This document shows positions 26,912-39,130 of a stretch of 64,000 nt of DNA, piece by piece. This DNA is from Vicugna vicugna. Lineage: Eukaryota. The position numbers and the translations under genes are program-made. Every line of letters begins with the position of its first letter. Position 1 is the first letter of the stretch. Where the stretch lies: positions 1,193,102-1,257,101 of the forward strand of contig MU057724.1 of assembly GCA_013265495.1 (NCBI GenBank), given 5' to 3'. A model generated the notes under the pieces. That model saw only the letters and a program-made list of their open reading frames with translations. It ran no database searches and was not told the DNA's origin.

Positions 26912-28202
26912 AAGATAAACTAAACATCTACAAACAACTGAAAACATGCAATATTTACCTCGTTAATCACACACACATTCGGTAGGAGACAAGGTCTGCG
27001 TGCTTTATGTGAACGGTAAGCGGCCTGCTCATTTCTGTACCTTGCTGTGAAGAGAAGACGTTTCATAGTCAACCGAAATCTGATGTACTCCATTCAGTGC
27101 AAAAGTGGTTCCTAACATGCAAAGCATTAGCTGAAAAAGCTATCCCACTAAGACAGACAAACCAGAAATATACTTGGAAAGGGGTGTTTTGGCTCCAAAG
27201 CTTTCGGTACCTCCGCTGATTTCATCTGCCAGGGTCTCAGCCAGGCCCCCCGTCAGGTGCCTTACCTGTGTCACCTACATTCCCCTGAAACTGAAGCCCA
27301 GCAAGTCGGAGGAAGAACCAAAGAAACGCACGACAGTTATCAGGGAGGGACGTTTGTCCAGCTGAGTTATGAATAACTCACGGTCATGTGTAGGTAAACT
27401 CATCCCACTTGTTTGGGTAGAGAGACCTCAACCTGGTCGTAATCACTTACAGGAAAAGGGTTCTTATGTTGCTTGTTACTGTTGCTAAAACAAGTGTGTT
27501 TTCCCCCCTGTCCTCACTGCTGACTGCTCCTGCAAACCTGGAAGTGAGCTCTCCAGGGCCTTGCGTGAGTGGGGACTTTCCGTGCAGATTAAACATAGCA
27601 CGGGAATTATGCATGATGTTAACTTCTATCCTTATTTCTTTCTGTTTCTCCATAAAAATCAATAAAAATGGGTGAAAGTGGCGCGAGCCCCAGGGACAGG
27701 AGGAAGAGCACATTCGAGTTCAGCTGCGGTGCCCTCTGACCCTCAGCTTAGAGACACTGCACTAGGACCGCCCCCCCGGGGGCCCTGAGGAGGTGGCTCC
27801 GAGCAGCTGGCAGAAGCGGGGCTGGGGTGCCGGGGGCCTGTGAACCAGCCCTGAGCGTCCTTCCCAGACGTGTCTAGTGGTGTTAGCGTGGAAAGCGAGC
27901 GTGGTGGCTTTCCTTGTGGGGCCACTGGAAGGTCTGAGGAGAGCCGCTGAGGGTTAGAACTAGTCCGTGTTGCCCCACTGTCTTCGATTCAGGCAAACCT
28001 CTGCAGTCTGGCTGTTTTTATTTACAAACACAATAGAATTAAAGTCAGTTTCTCCATGTGTACATAATGGGTCTGTATGTTGGCCTAGTCCACTGTTTTT
28101 AAGCACCTTGCGATCTACACCTGGATAGTTTGTGTATTTCTCTCTGTATTTATGTTTATGTGTATTTTCTAAATAAAGCTAAAAGCAATTAGGAAGTCAT
28201 TT

Positions 28203-28282
28203 TATGGTAAGATCAAAACATTGTCATTTTTCTTGGCCCCCAATTTTTCAATGTCAGCAATTTCATATGGTTTAACCCAATG
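28203..28282. mobile_element. MADE2-like mariner MITE
   Basis: GCAATTTCATATGGTTTAACCCAAT matches the recalled MADE2 terminal repeat; length is about 80 bp. Confidence 0.6.
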
Positions 28283-30668
28283 CTTATAAACAAAACTGAC
28301 TCAGTTGTCATTTTAACAATGAGCCGATTCGCCTCACTAAGTTCCCAGCTTCCTGGTGTCTCCTAGATCTAGTATTTACCAGTTTGTGACTGCGTGATAG
28401 TTTGTAATAACCATAAACGTATCAGTAGAAGAGAGGACACAATTTTTATTCACATCCAATTACATGAAACAGTCAACTTTCCAAACTTGCTTAACCTGTA
28501 AAAAGAAATCAGACCTTCCTTTTCCCTGACGCGCTAACGCTCAGTCTGCACGTCCTCGCTAGGCTGAGTCTGAGACTTAACTTACACTTTGCCGTAAAAT
28601 ATGCCGTTTTAATATGGATGTGTTCTCTATTCGCATTCACGATTGCACCCTTTATATTACATTTCTTCTCCTAAAGGACTATTAACATCTCAATGTCTCC
28701 AAACAAAATGTTTTCCCATGTCATACCCTGTGATTTCATGGCACTCATTTGTGACAACAGTCAGAGCAGAGCCTGCTCTGAGAAGAGATGGGAACAAAGG
28801 CAGGGAGGTTAACCACTCAGTGCGGACGGAAGTGTGGAAGGTGAGACCGGAGTCTTGTGTGCGCGTCACACAGGCACGTGGGCTGGGGAGGGCGGTACTC
28901 AGCAGAGGACCACACACCGAGCTGGAAGAGGACCGATCCGCCGTCTGTCTAAACGGCACTTTCAGAGCCGGAGCCAGCGAGCAGCAGAGATGCTGAGCCC
29001 AGTCTGCCTGGGGCATCAGCATGAAGCTCTGGATTCGCTCAAAGTCCTTTTTCAGGCTAAACTGCCTGGGATTTTATTTCCAGGACACAAAATTGAGATC
29101 AAAACCAGAAAACTAAGAAACACACAAGTCAAGCAAAATTTTGTCACTGAAATCTCCCTGCCTTGCTGTTGAACTCGGGGTAATTTTCTAACGGTTTTGT
29201 GCCTGTCAGAGGGCCCACACCAGGTTAAATTCGAAGCAGCTTCACCTTCTGTGAGTGAAGACCTTTCAGGCCTGAAACAAGGTGGGAACGGTGGGCCACC
29301 AGGCCGACTGCAGGGCATTCACTAGAAAGTCCTCTATGAGCCAGTTTCTGTGCGGAAAACCTCTATGTCAGTACCATCGCTTCTAGTCTGAGTCCTCACC
29401 TGAGTCTATGAAACTACATTTTAAGGCTAAAAACAGTGAATTGAGATAATTCCATAAGTATAACCGCAGTGTCATGAATATTGGAATGGTGGAAAGCAAT
29501 TAACAATTGATTTACTTTAACTCTGAAAACGAAATTTTAAAGGACTGCAGGATCCGAAGAAGATAAAGCCAAGCAAATTGTTTTTCACAGGATGGCCAAC
29601 GTCACATTGGATTTCTAAATGAATAGATGTAAACAGGAAACAAATAGCAAAGTGAATCTTTGCTAATATTTAGGAAATATTTTCTTTCTGTATTTTACTT
29701 ATAGTTGCATAAAAATTGCTTTAGTCAGTGGCTGAATTATATTTATGACACTTATGTGGTCACCATATCCATTTTACTTCGGATACTGAAAACCAAAGCA
29801 ACGATCCTGTCGAGTGTTGAAATAGTGATGACTCAGTATATACGAGATGCACATTTTTTATCAGATTGTGTTCTCGGCTTAATAGAGTTGAACCCCTGGG
29901 CCTTCACACCATCACAGCAGTGAGGAGTCTGCACGCTTCCCAGGCTGGAACTTCGGGAGCGAGACAGCAGCAGCGCAGTGGGGAGGTCAGCGTCCTGGGT
30001 CACAGTCCAGCAGGTGGTCTCGCTTCTTCCTGACGGAGCAGCGTAGTGTCCAACGCCAGTCTCCAAAAGACGGCGCGTAAGCCGCAAGGGCGAAGGCACC
30101 TCCCTGTCTGCCCGAGAAGGCTCAGGTTTGGGGGTTTATTGTTTTACTGTAAGTCTGTTGGTTAATTGTGTTATATTCAGAATTCATTGTTTTTCTGTGA
30201 ATTTTGGTATATGGTCATTTTTGAAAACACACAAAAACTTGGTGTTTCAGTTAGTGCGGATTTGTTAAAAAAAAATTACACATAGCTCAGTGGCTTAAAA
30301 CAACAGAAGATTTATTTTGCTTGAAGACCTTCGATTTGAGCAGAGCTCGGCGCGACCAGGTGGCTCCCGCCCCACGCTGGGTCAGCCGGGCGAGCCTGCC
30401 TCTGAAGGCTCGCCCACTCGCTAGTCCGCTGCACCACGTGGCCTGCTCATCCTCACAGAGAGCATGTGGGGCCAGAAGGATGGCTGTGGCTGTTTGTGGA
30501 TTGTATAATCTATCGCATTCTGCCCTCTGGCCACACAGTTCATAACATACACTCACTGTCCCCAAAACTCTCCGAGTCAAGATGTAATCACCTGGCTCAG
30601 TTCCAGGTCTGCACAAGGCTCCTCGCGTTCGACTCCTTGTGTGCAGACCCTCTGGCTCAGAAGGAGGT

Positions 30669-31186
30669 TGTTCTGGGCTGAACTGAGTCCACTCAGAATT
30701 CATACGTGGAAGTCCTAACTCCCAGGATGCGAGCGTGACTGTGTGCGGAGATGGACGTCAAAGAGGTGACTGGTTAAATGAGGCTGTGGACGCGAGCTCT
30801 TACCCGGTCTGACTGGTGCCCTTGGAGGAGAAGAAACTTGGACCCAGAGACACACACAGAGAGAAGACCATGTGAGGACACAGGGAGAGGGCAGCTGTCT
30901 GCGCGCCCCGGAGAGAGGCCTCGGGAGAAAGCAGACCCTCCGACACCTTGGTCTCCACCTGCACCTGCAGACTGCGCGGAGGCACGTCTCCGAGGCTCAT
31001 CCACCTGCACCTGCAGACTGCGCGGAGGCACGTCTCCAAGGCTCATCCATCTGCACCTGCAGACTGCACGGAGGCATGTCTCCGAGGCTCATCCACCTGC
31101 ACCTGCAGACTGCCCGGAGGCACGTCTCCACGGCTCATCCACCCGTCCACGGACTCCTGTTAGGGCAGCCCACACACACGGATGCA
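30669..31186 (+). mobile_element. MaLR solo LTR (MLT1A/B-like) hosting the minisatellite
   Basis: TGTTCTGGGCTGAACTG...AATTCATACGTGGAAGTCCTAAC...GAAGACCATGTGAGGACACAGGGAGA...GACACCTTGGTCTC...TGTTAGGGCAGCCC follows the recalled MLT1B consensus. Confidence 0.85.
30954..31143 (+). repeat. 46-bp minisatellite, 4 copies plus a stub
   Basis: Unit TCCACCTGCACCTGCAGACTGCGCGGAGGCACGTCTCCGAGGCTCA starts at 30954, 31000, 31046 and 31092, with a partial copy at 31138. Confidence 0.95.
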
Positions 31187-32914
31187 TTTTTGCACCAAAG
31201 AGACCCGTTCCCTTCTCCTCCTCCACAGCCATCACACAGCGGAGGGGCAGGAACAGAAGAGCCACGGTGGACCCTCCTGTCCAGGAAGAGCGAGTACAGG
31301 GACCACAGCCATCACTGGTCCCTGGAGGTTCTGGAAAGCCCACAGCACACAGTTGTCAGACCACGGTTGGGATCTGGTACTGGTCTAGCGTGGACCACTT
31401 GGTCCTGGACTCTGCCCTCTGGGAGCTGGGCTAACAGTGGAGTGAAGTGCTCGATGCAGAAGGAAAACACAGCTTCTCTCACCTCCCAAAGCCGACGAGT
31501 ACATCCTGAGACAGGCCCCGGGGGAGCTCCCACTGCAGGGAGACGGGGCCCCGGCTCTTGGCGTTCGTGCTGGGGAGAAGTCAGGCCGGGGAACTGGGGG
31601 ACACCACTGGGTCTTACAGGCAGAGACAGAGGGGTCTGTCTGGCCCTCGGAGGACGTGTTTCACTCCAGGATGCGCGAGTGAGAGCCAGGTGCCATCCCA
31701 GCAAGTGTCGGGGAGTGAGAGGGCTTTACTCCCACCTCGGCCCGTCTCCTTCCGGGACACAGGGCGACTGTTTCTCTCCTGCCCTCTGTGGAGAAACCCC
31801 CTTCTCCATCCCTTGCCTGTGCATGATCCCAGGGTGAGCGCTGATAACAGGGATTGGGCACCCGTTACAGTCAGAGTCTGTCTGATCAGAAATCTGTCTC
31901 TGATCCAGCAGACCTTGTGCTCACTGAGGAAAAAACGAATGCCTACGAGTATCAAGGACCCCCGAGTAGATGACCTGCAGTGACCGTGAACAGCACGCCT
32001 GCGGGTTTAAGATAAGCCTCTCTTACACTGGCTTCGTCCCCTCTGGGGAAGGACGTAAAGGGAACGGCGGCTCTTCCGTATCCATCATGCTGCCTGCCCT
32101 GTGTCCTCACACCTAGACTGAACTCAGCCTCTCGGTGACGCGCTGGGCTGGGCTTTGGGGGAAGCTCTGTCAGTGCCCCTGTGCGTGCACGTGATGGCAG
32201 CCACCCCCTGGTGGGCTCATCCTAATGTAATTCTGATCATACGTATCGCTCAATAATTATGTAGTTCTCGTAGTATATACGGCATCAAGGGAGACGCCGC
32301 AGAATTTACGCTAATATGGACGAGTCCCCGACGTGAAGAGGTTTACTGTTGGCTAAGTCAGTGGACTGAGTGCTTGATCTAACAGCCAAATATGTTAAGT
32401 AAAACGTGAACAAATTGCTGTTACATTCCACAGGGGAAAAGTGCACTTTTGTTAGGAAAGTCAGAGAAAGCTTTATGTGTTTAATAAGCAGCAAGCCTTC
32501 TCTGCATGTCCATCGTGACTTTGGAACTGTGCTGTGCTGAGCGCTGGAGGTGAGATCCAGGCCTGGCTTCGGGGGGTCTGGAGCCCAGCAGGCAGACGTG
32601 TGAGGAAAGCAGTCTTATCGTTTATCACTCTGCTTTGTCCCTTGCAGAGTCTCCCAGTCTGGGTTTTGCTGCTGCATCTCAGTGTTGTTCTGTCTATTTG
32701 CCTGTCTTTGCACAACCTGTAAATGGTGGTTAGTTCTAGCGACCGGATGAGATTCAGGCTCAGCGTGTGTTTGGGCTCCTGGGAGGATGCCTTCCTGGGT
32801 GGGGGCGTGTGACTCCTGCAGGAGGCTGAGAGTCGGTGACTGCGAGCTAGATCTGTCACTCATCAGGGTGCGGCCTAGCTTTGTCAGCAATTTTCATGTA
32901 TTAGTATCAGATGT

Positions 32915-33030
32915 CAGTTCAGACCAACCGTCCTGATCTGCTCAGAAGGAGGGCTTCTCATTCCTGAGATGTGGGACTCTCAGTAAAAACTGGGACACTC
33001 CAGGTAAACCAGAAGGAGCAGGTGACTGAG
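32915..33030. mobile_element. MER81-like hAT MITE
   Basis: GACCAACCGTCCTG...GGGACTCTCAGTAAAAACTGGGACACTCCAGGTAAACCAG. Confidence 0.6.
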
Positions 33031-35329
33031 CTGGCCACGTCCACCCAGAGTCTGCCTCCACCCACCGTGTCTCTGCCCAAATGTGCAGTTTATTCGGGAA
33101 AGACTCAGGAAGAGTTTTCTCTGACAGAAAAGATGGATGCCATACTGGGAACTTTCTAGAGAATTCATGTCTAAGAACAAAATATTTTTCCCATTTGCTT
33201 AGTATGCTTCCTTCTCCTTTTGCTTCTTAGAGCATTCCCTTTTGCCATGTATAATTTAATGATGGACTTCGATCAAAAGCATTCAGTGAGCTGGTCTAGA
33301 AATAAATGGGCCTATAACACAGAAACAACACAGTGAAACGTAAACTTGATGTGTAAAACTGAAGCGAGAATAGTGAAAACACGTGAAAAATGTGCAGTGG
33401 CGGTAAAACCAAATTATCCTCAATTTAAGGAGATGTGAAGGGGTGAGCACGGCTGCAGGTTCCCTTACTCAACAGCAGGACACACCTGGCCCGAGAGGAC
33501 TGCAAATAAACTCTAGCAGGATTTGCTGATTAATTAAGAGCTTTCCTTCCAAAGTGGCAGCTAGAGCTGTGTCTTTGCTGAGGTAGGTGGGCATTAGCTT
33601 GGTGATATTTTGGGACTGGGAAGCACCACTGCACCCCTCCTGAACTGGGGGAAAAAAACTGGTTTTTAAGAATAAAACTAAATCCTGAGCATCTCCACTC
33701 TGCAGGCGTTGAGGTCCTCGGGAGAGACGACAGAGAGGAGGTACAGACCCGCCACTGAGGTGTTCATGCTTCCAACTTGGTCAGGTGTTAAAAGACCATA
33801 CATACAGCATTTAAGAATGAACAGGATGGTTCACAGTAAAGCGTTGGATACGTGATACAATCTGCACATCTGCAGGATTTTCTGCCTTTATAGGACGGGC
33901 CACCTCTGTTTAGCTCTGCAACTTCGGTTCTCACGGAACCTCGTCCAACGTGGGGGCTCGTGTCCTGGGAAGTGGGTGGTGGTGGTTACAATCGTCCAGT
34001 TCCTTTCCTTCCAAAAGGCTAGGAATTCATCTTCTCACAACGCGGCCTTGTAACACTTCTTGCTTCACCACAGCTCGGTTTGTGACATTTATAATCCCCT
34101 GAAGCTTGCTTTTCTCATGGGATTTACATATTCGTACTTAGAACTTACCAAGAACTTTCCCGGAGTTTTTCTTCCTTTATGTTGAAACATTTTGAAGATG
34201 ATATTTCCTCCTAAGATATTACTTACCCTGTTGAGAAATTCTCTCCTGTCGAGAATTTGACTAATCTTCACCATTTTGCATGCTCCCCTCTGTTTTGTCG
34301 GGGCCAAAATTAGCAAATTTTGTAACGCTTTCTGTGGACTCTGTTTTTGCCTGACTTTTCAAACCAGAGAGACAGGTGCAGCCAGAACAGTCCTTCACTG
34401 TTATTTTCTCCCTCTTCTCATCGTCTAAAGGCGCTGACTTTCCCTGACCTCCCTTTGTAAGTGGAACTGAACATGGACTCGGAGTTTAATCTAGAATGGA
34501 CTTGAAGGGGTCATTTCTAACCCCCTCATCTTATATTCCACACAGCTAAGGCCCTGAAAAGTGGACTGACGCAAATTAACTGCCAGGGGGAAATAGAATT
34601 AGGTAGGTAGCTTAAGATTGGAAAGTAATTTTCAAAATAGAGTCAGACTCTTATGTCCCCATTTTATTTGGCTCCTAGGGGGGGAGTTTCCACTGTTCCG
34701 TTCCTGCTGCAAAGCTCCCCACCCCATGCCCCCGCCGCCCATGGAGCAGGGACAGCTGGGTGCACAGCCGCCCACCGCGGCCTGAGTCCTGGGGTCACTT
34801 TTCATCCTTCCCACCCTGGTCAACAGCCAGGGCACAAACTAAGAGGAGACAGGTTTTCAAAAGCGGCTGCAATCCCCTTGGCTGGCTCTCAGAATGCCTG
34901 CCCTACAAGAGTGCTCTGAGCAAACCTCCTGCTCGCTGGGAGTGGCTTTGCAGATGGGCGGGAACACGCTGCCTTTCTACTTTTTTCAAATAAGCGGAAC
35001 TCAGCAATATCATGAAAAATAAAGACCTTACCTGGACGAGCAACTCAAGTCAAATCGTCCCCTTTAATGAGCGACAGGCTAGCTTGGGCTTTTTATGTGC
35101 GATCCGTGTGGTACGGACGCGCGTTTATCTCAGGGCACGGGACGGCGATGTGTGCTTGGTGGTGTTTGAGTGCTTTTTTCATGTCGTTGACTGATAACAC
35201 ACTGAGGATGGAAACCACGCTTTTTCATTCATACACGGTCAAGTTCAGCCACAAAACCCACGTTCAGTGTGACAACGGAAGCAGTGCTTTAATAGATACT
35301 GCATGGGTGAAGAGTCCGTAAATAAAGAT

Positions 35330-35580
35330 GGGGAGCTGGAGGCATAAACTGGGAGTCTGGGATTTGCAGATGCAAACCACTATGTAAACAACAAGGTCCT
35401 ACTGTACAGCACAGGGAACTGTATTCAATACCTTGTAATAACCTATAACAAAAAAGAATATGAAAAGGAATATATATATACATGTATAAATGAATCACTG
35501 TGCTGTACATCAGAAATTAACACAACATTGTAAACCAATTATACTTAAATGACATTTTTTAAAATCATCAATAAAAAAAA
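35330..35580 (+). mobile_element. L1 3'-UTR fragment, cetartiodactyl type
   Basis: AACAACAAGGTCCTACTGTACAGCACAGGGAACTGTATTCAATACCTTGTAATAACCTATAA...AACACAACATTGTAAA, then an A-tail. Confidence 0.88.
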
Positions 35581-36295
35581 GATTGGAAATTGTCTGGAAA
35601 GACAAAGGGGAATGACTCATGGAGAGGAAACCGTGGTGCTTTCCCAGGACTAACTGACTGTGTGCGCCAGGGTCTCGGTGCGAGGACACACACGCCCTGG
35701 CGGGGAATCTGCCCGCCCTCACCCACGAAGGGCAGAGCTGGGAGTGAACATGCACTAAGGAATCACCAAACAGGACTCGCCGTGTCAGAGAGCCCCGTTC
35801 CTTCCTGTGCTTAGCCAGATGCTCAGTCTGTCTGTTCCCTCTGCATCCCTGCTGATGCAGACCACACCCATCCACATGTCCTCCACTAGCTGCACTAGAG
35901 AAGGCCTCGACTGCCTCTCCCCAGAGGAGCTCTTCATGTCTGGAGCAAACAGCCACAGATACACCTTTTCATTAAAAGGCATCATTGACTCTGCGAACTG
36001 AAACGTGGCCAAGCTTCCTGTAAATTAGATTCTGTCCAGGTGCTCTGCACCCTCTCAGCCTGTCTAGAGCGCTCGTGTAGTGTTAGTAACTGCTGCTTGT
36101 TTCTTTACTTTTTTTTTTAAAAAACTAGATTTGGGCTCCTTATGGTTCAGGACCACATTCTCCGTGTGTCGCTACTGAATCTTGCATGCGATGAACACAA
36201 AATTAACTAGCTGTGATTATGTGCTGTTCCACCTCGTCCTGGCTGCCTGTAGGCGAGTCTTGCAACCCCAGGGGTGACAGCACCACGCCTTCTGC

Positions 36296-36555
36296 TGGTT
36301 AGTTTTCTCCAGCTGTGTAACACATCGCCACAGATTTAGTTGGCTTAAAACAGCGTGCATTACACCTCCCAGTCTCCCTGTGGGAGGAGTCTGGGTGCAG
36401 CTTAGGCGACCCTGGTTCACAGTCTCCCAAGGCAGCAATCACGGTGTCGGCCACACTGCATTGTTCCTGAAGCTGGGGCCCCTTCCCAGCTCACGGGGCT
36501 GTTAAGAACTTAGTTCTCTGCAGTGGAACACTGAGGTTCCCATTTTCTTTTCTTT
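36296..36555 (-). mobile_element. MLT1D/E-like LTR fragment
   Basis: GCTGTGTAACACATCGCCACAGATTTAGTTGGCTTAAAACA...GAGTCTGGGTGCAGCTTAG...ACTGAGGTTCCCATTTTCTT. Confidence 0.7.
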
Positions 36556-37229
36556 CTGGCAAGAGGTAATACACTTAAAGGTGAAAAACGCATACAGGAA
36601 AGCCAGCTGTGTAAAATCGGAACATAACTCTGATGCCGCTAGGCTTTCTGACAGTTCAGGGTGTAGGGACAGGTGCTTAACATGAGGATCGAGTGTCTCT
36701 TAACAAAGGAAGCCTGCCGCTCTTGAGAAGGGTACATCACTCCCGGCGAGGAGGCCCGAGACCTGGAAGCTGTGAAAGGGAAACTGAAGCGCTTGAGTGC
36801 TTTACTTTCAACACCTGCAGTATTTCTTGAATTCCTGATGCCTTACAGAGGATTTGAGTTCAAATCTTTCATTTTATCAATGAAGAAACAGAAAAATATA
36901 AGCCAAAGAGCTATTTGGGAAAATATTTGAGAATTGAAGAACCTCGATCTTCTCATAGTCATTTATTGCTTTTCCTTTTAATTAGGTTGTCAGTTTTCAT
37001 CTAAATAATACACGTGTGTCTCTAGTTCATGGTGATCATGATCAGACGTCTTCTCCTGAATGAAGAAACTTGAGCTGATTTTTATTACCTTCTCAGGCTG
37101 CCCACTGCTGTCCAAATTTGAAAATTATATTAGTATATTGGGATTAAATGGTGCCTGCTTTCTGTACTCACTTGCTTACCTTACTTGAGAGAAGATACCC
37201 AAAAGTTAAAATGTGTGCATCTTTTTAAG

Positions 37230-37830
37230 CATAAGACACAGGCACCCCAATATTTACAGTAGCACTATTTACCATAGCCAAGACATGTAAACAACCTAAA
37301 TGTCCATCGACAGATGACTGGATAAAGAAGTTGCAGTATATTTATACAATGGAATACTACTCAGCCATAAAAAAGAATGAAATATTGCCATCTGCAGCAA
37401 CATGGATGAACCTGGAGAATGTCATTTTAAGTAAGTAAGTCAGAAAAAGAAAAATGCCCATATGAGATCACTTATATGTGGAATCTAGAAACAAAAATAA
37501 ATAACAACAAAAACCACAAATGAACTTATTTGCAAAACAGAAACAAATTCAGACATAGAAAACAACCTTATGTTTCCTGGGGGGAAAGGGGGAGGGAATG
37601 GGTAAATTGGAAGTTCAAGATTTGCAGATACTAACTGCTATATATAGAATAGCTGAACAACAAGGTCCTACTGCCTAGCACAGCTAACTGTATTCAATGT
37701 CTTGTAGTAACTTACAGTGAAAAGAATATGAAAATGAATATATGTATGTATATGTATGAATGAAACATTATGCTGTGCACCAGAAATTGACACCATATTG
37801 TAAAATGACTACACTTCAATTAAAAAAAAA
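37230..37830 (+). mobile_element. 5'-truncated L1 (ORF2 end, 3' UTR, A-tail), camelid-like subfamily
   Basis: Contains CAACCTAAATGTCCATCGACAGATGACTGGATAAAGAAG, ATGGAATACTACTCAGCCATAAAAAAGAATGAAAT and CCTGGAGAATGTCATT, then an A-tail. Possible TSD TTTTTAAG at 37222-37229 and 37833-37840. Confidence 0.9.
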
Positions 37831-38119
37831 TTTTTTTAAGTCTTTGTTCTCCCTTAACATTTGAAGGGTAGTCTGAAAAGCATGTGAAGGTGTCTCTACC
37901 TTGTCTTTAGCATCAAGCACCGCAGGCGAGAGAGCTGTTCCTCATGTGTTTCTCCTCCACTTACCAGTCAAGTGCAGGGTTTGACCTCGTCTGTGGGACT
38001 CCACCCTGTCAAAGTGAAGAGGGTTTTATCCTCGGACAACCACATCCTCACTTTTAGCCTGAACGGTCCCAAGAACACATTTAACCTATTCACTGAAAGC
38101 TCGCGATTATTTTCCTGCA

Positions 38120-39130
38120 GTGAATCGCAGCCGGCAGGCCGATTTGACTCCCAGCTCCAGGTGTGCCTGGTGGTCCCGGGGAGAGACTGTCCAGTCCCAG
38201 CCAGAGCGGACGGGAGGGATGATCCCTCACAGCGTCGCGCGGCCTGGCAGAGTTTGGAGCCCGTGCACCCGTGTTCTCTGTCTCGGCTCCTTCGGAATCG
38301 CCCTGGCGCTGCTGTCCTGACGCCCTGGCGTGCAGGAGGGGGCTGGGGGCCCTGGTACGTCGCTGGGAGCAGTCGGATGCCTGCTCAGGGCCCCACCTGC
38401 AGGGGGCGGGCCCAGGTCGCTTTGAGCCGGGCTACCGCGCTCGTCGGCCGGGGAAGAGGGCCACGGGGGAGCAGAGCAGGCCGGCTGGCCTGGGTCTGTG
38501 TCCCCCTTCACGGACCCCGGATAAAGAAGCGGCGTCTGAGAGGCCTCGGCGTGCTGCCGTGGACAGAGCCAGGGGCTTACGGCCCCGAAGTGTCGGTTTT
38601 ACCCTAAAAGCAAGCTTAGCGCCGCAGTGGGCGAGCGCTCCGTCTCCTGAGCCTGTTCCCTTACCCTCAGGAGCAGAAGGGCCTCCCGTGTGGCCCCGTT
38701 CAGGTGGCGTCTGCGCAAGCGCTCAGCTGCGGGGAAGCCCGGGGGCCCTGCAGGGGAAGGCAGCCCCGCCCGCTCCCCAGCGTCTGGGGGCGGAGCGCCA
38801 CCGCCCGCCCACGCGCTCCGGTTCTCCCGCCACGGCCCCCGGGCCTGGGCTCACGCGGGCCTTCTCCGGACAGCCCTCCGCCCACAGCCAGCCTGGGACG
38901 CCGCTCTTCCTTCGGGATGGGCCTCGCCTGTCACCGTTCGCCCTCCGTCCCCGCCCGGGTCAGCGTCCTTGCAGCGGGGAAGGCCCCTCCGCCAGGGCAG
39001 GCTGCTCGCCCTCTCCGCCCCTGCATCCCTGCCCGGCGGGGTGCTCCCCGGGCCTGGAAGAGCCCATCGAGGTGCGAAGCTTGACTGCCTGGAAAGGGAA
39101 GACGAAGAGCAGGTACCGCTTCTGACACGC
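38120..39130. other. Intronic GC/CpG-rich peak
   Basis: About 1 kb of dense CpG with sharp transitions to AT-richer flanks. Confidence 0.75.

Noticed and set aside
30281..30310. TAGCTCAGTGG, tRNA or SINE A-box-like start
   Set aside because: It continues as CTTAAAACAACAGAAGATTTATT, an antisense MLT1 LTR motif; no B-box or cloverleaf.
30954..31143. CRISPR-like periodic repeat
   Set aside because: Head-to-tail units with no unique spacers, in mammalian DNA, with no cas genes.
30778..31837. Long ORFs of 218 and 321 aa with repeated peptides
   Set aside because: They run through an MLT1 LTR and a 46-bp (non-triplet) minisatellite in GC-rich DNA where stops are rare; no domain is recognisable.
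34368..34456. Candidate second non-coding SNTG1 exon ending at a GTAAGT donor (34457); other candidates at 38121-38160, 39704-39769, 40211-40243 and 43290-43325
   Set aside because: Several AG...GT pairs are equally plausible and I cannot recall the UTR exon sequence well enough to choose; cDNA alignment is needed.
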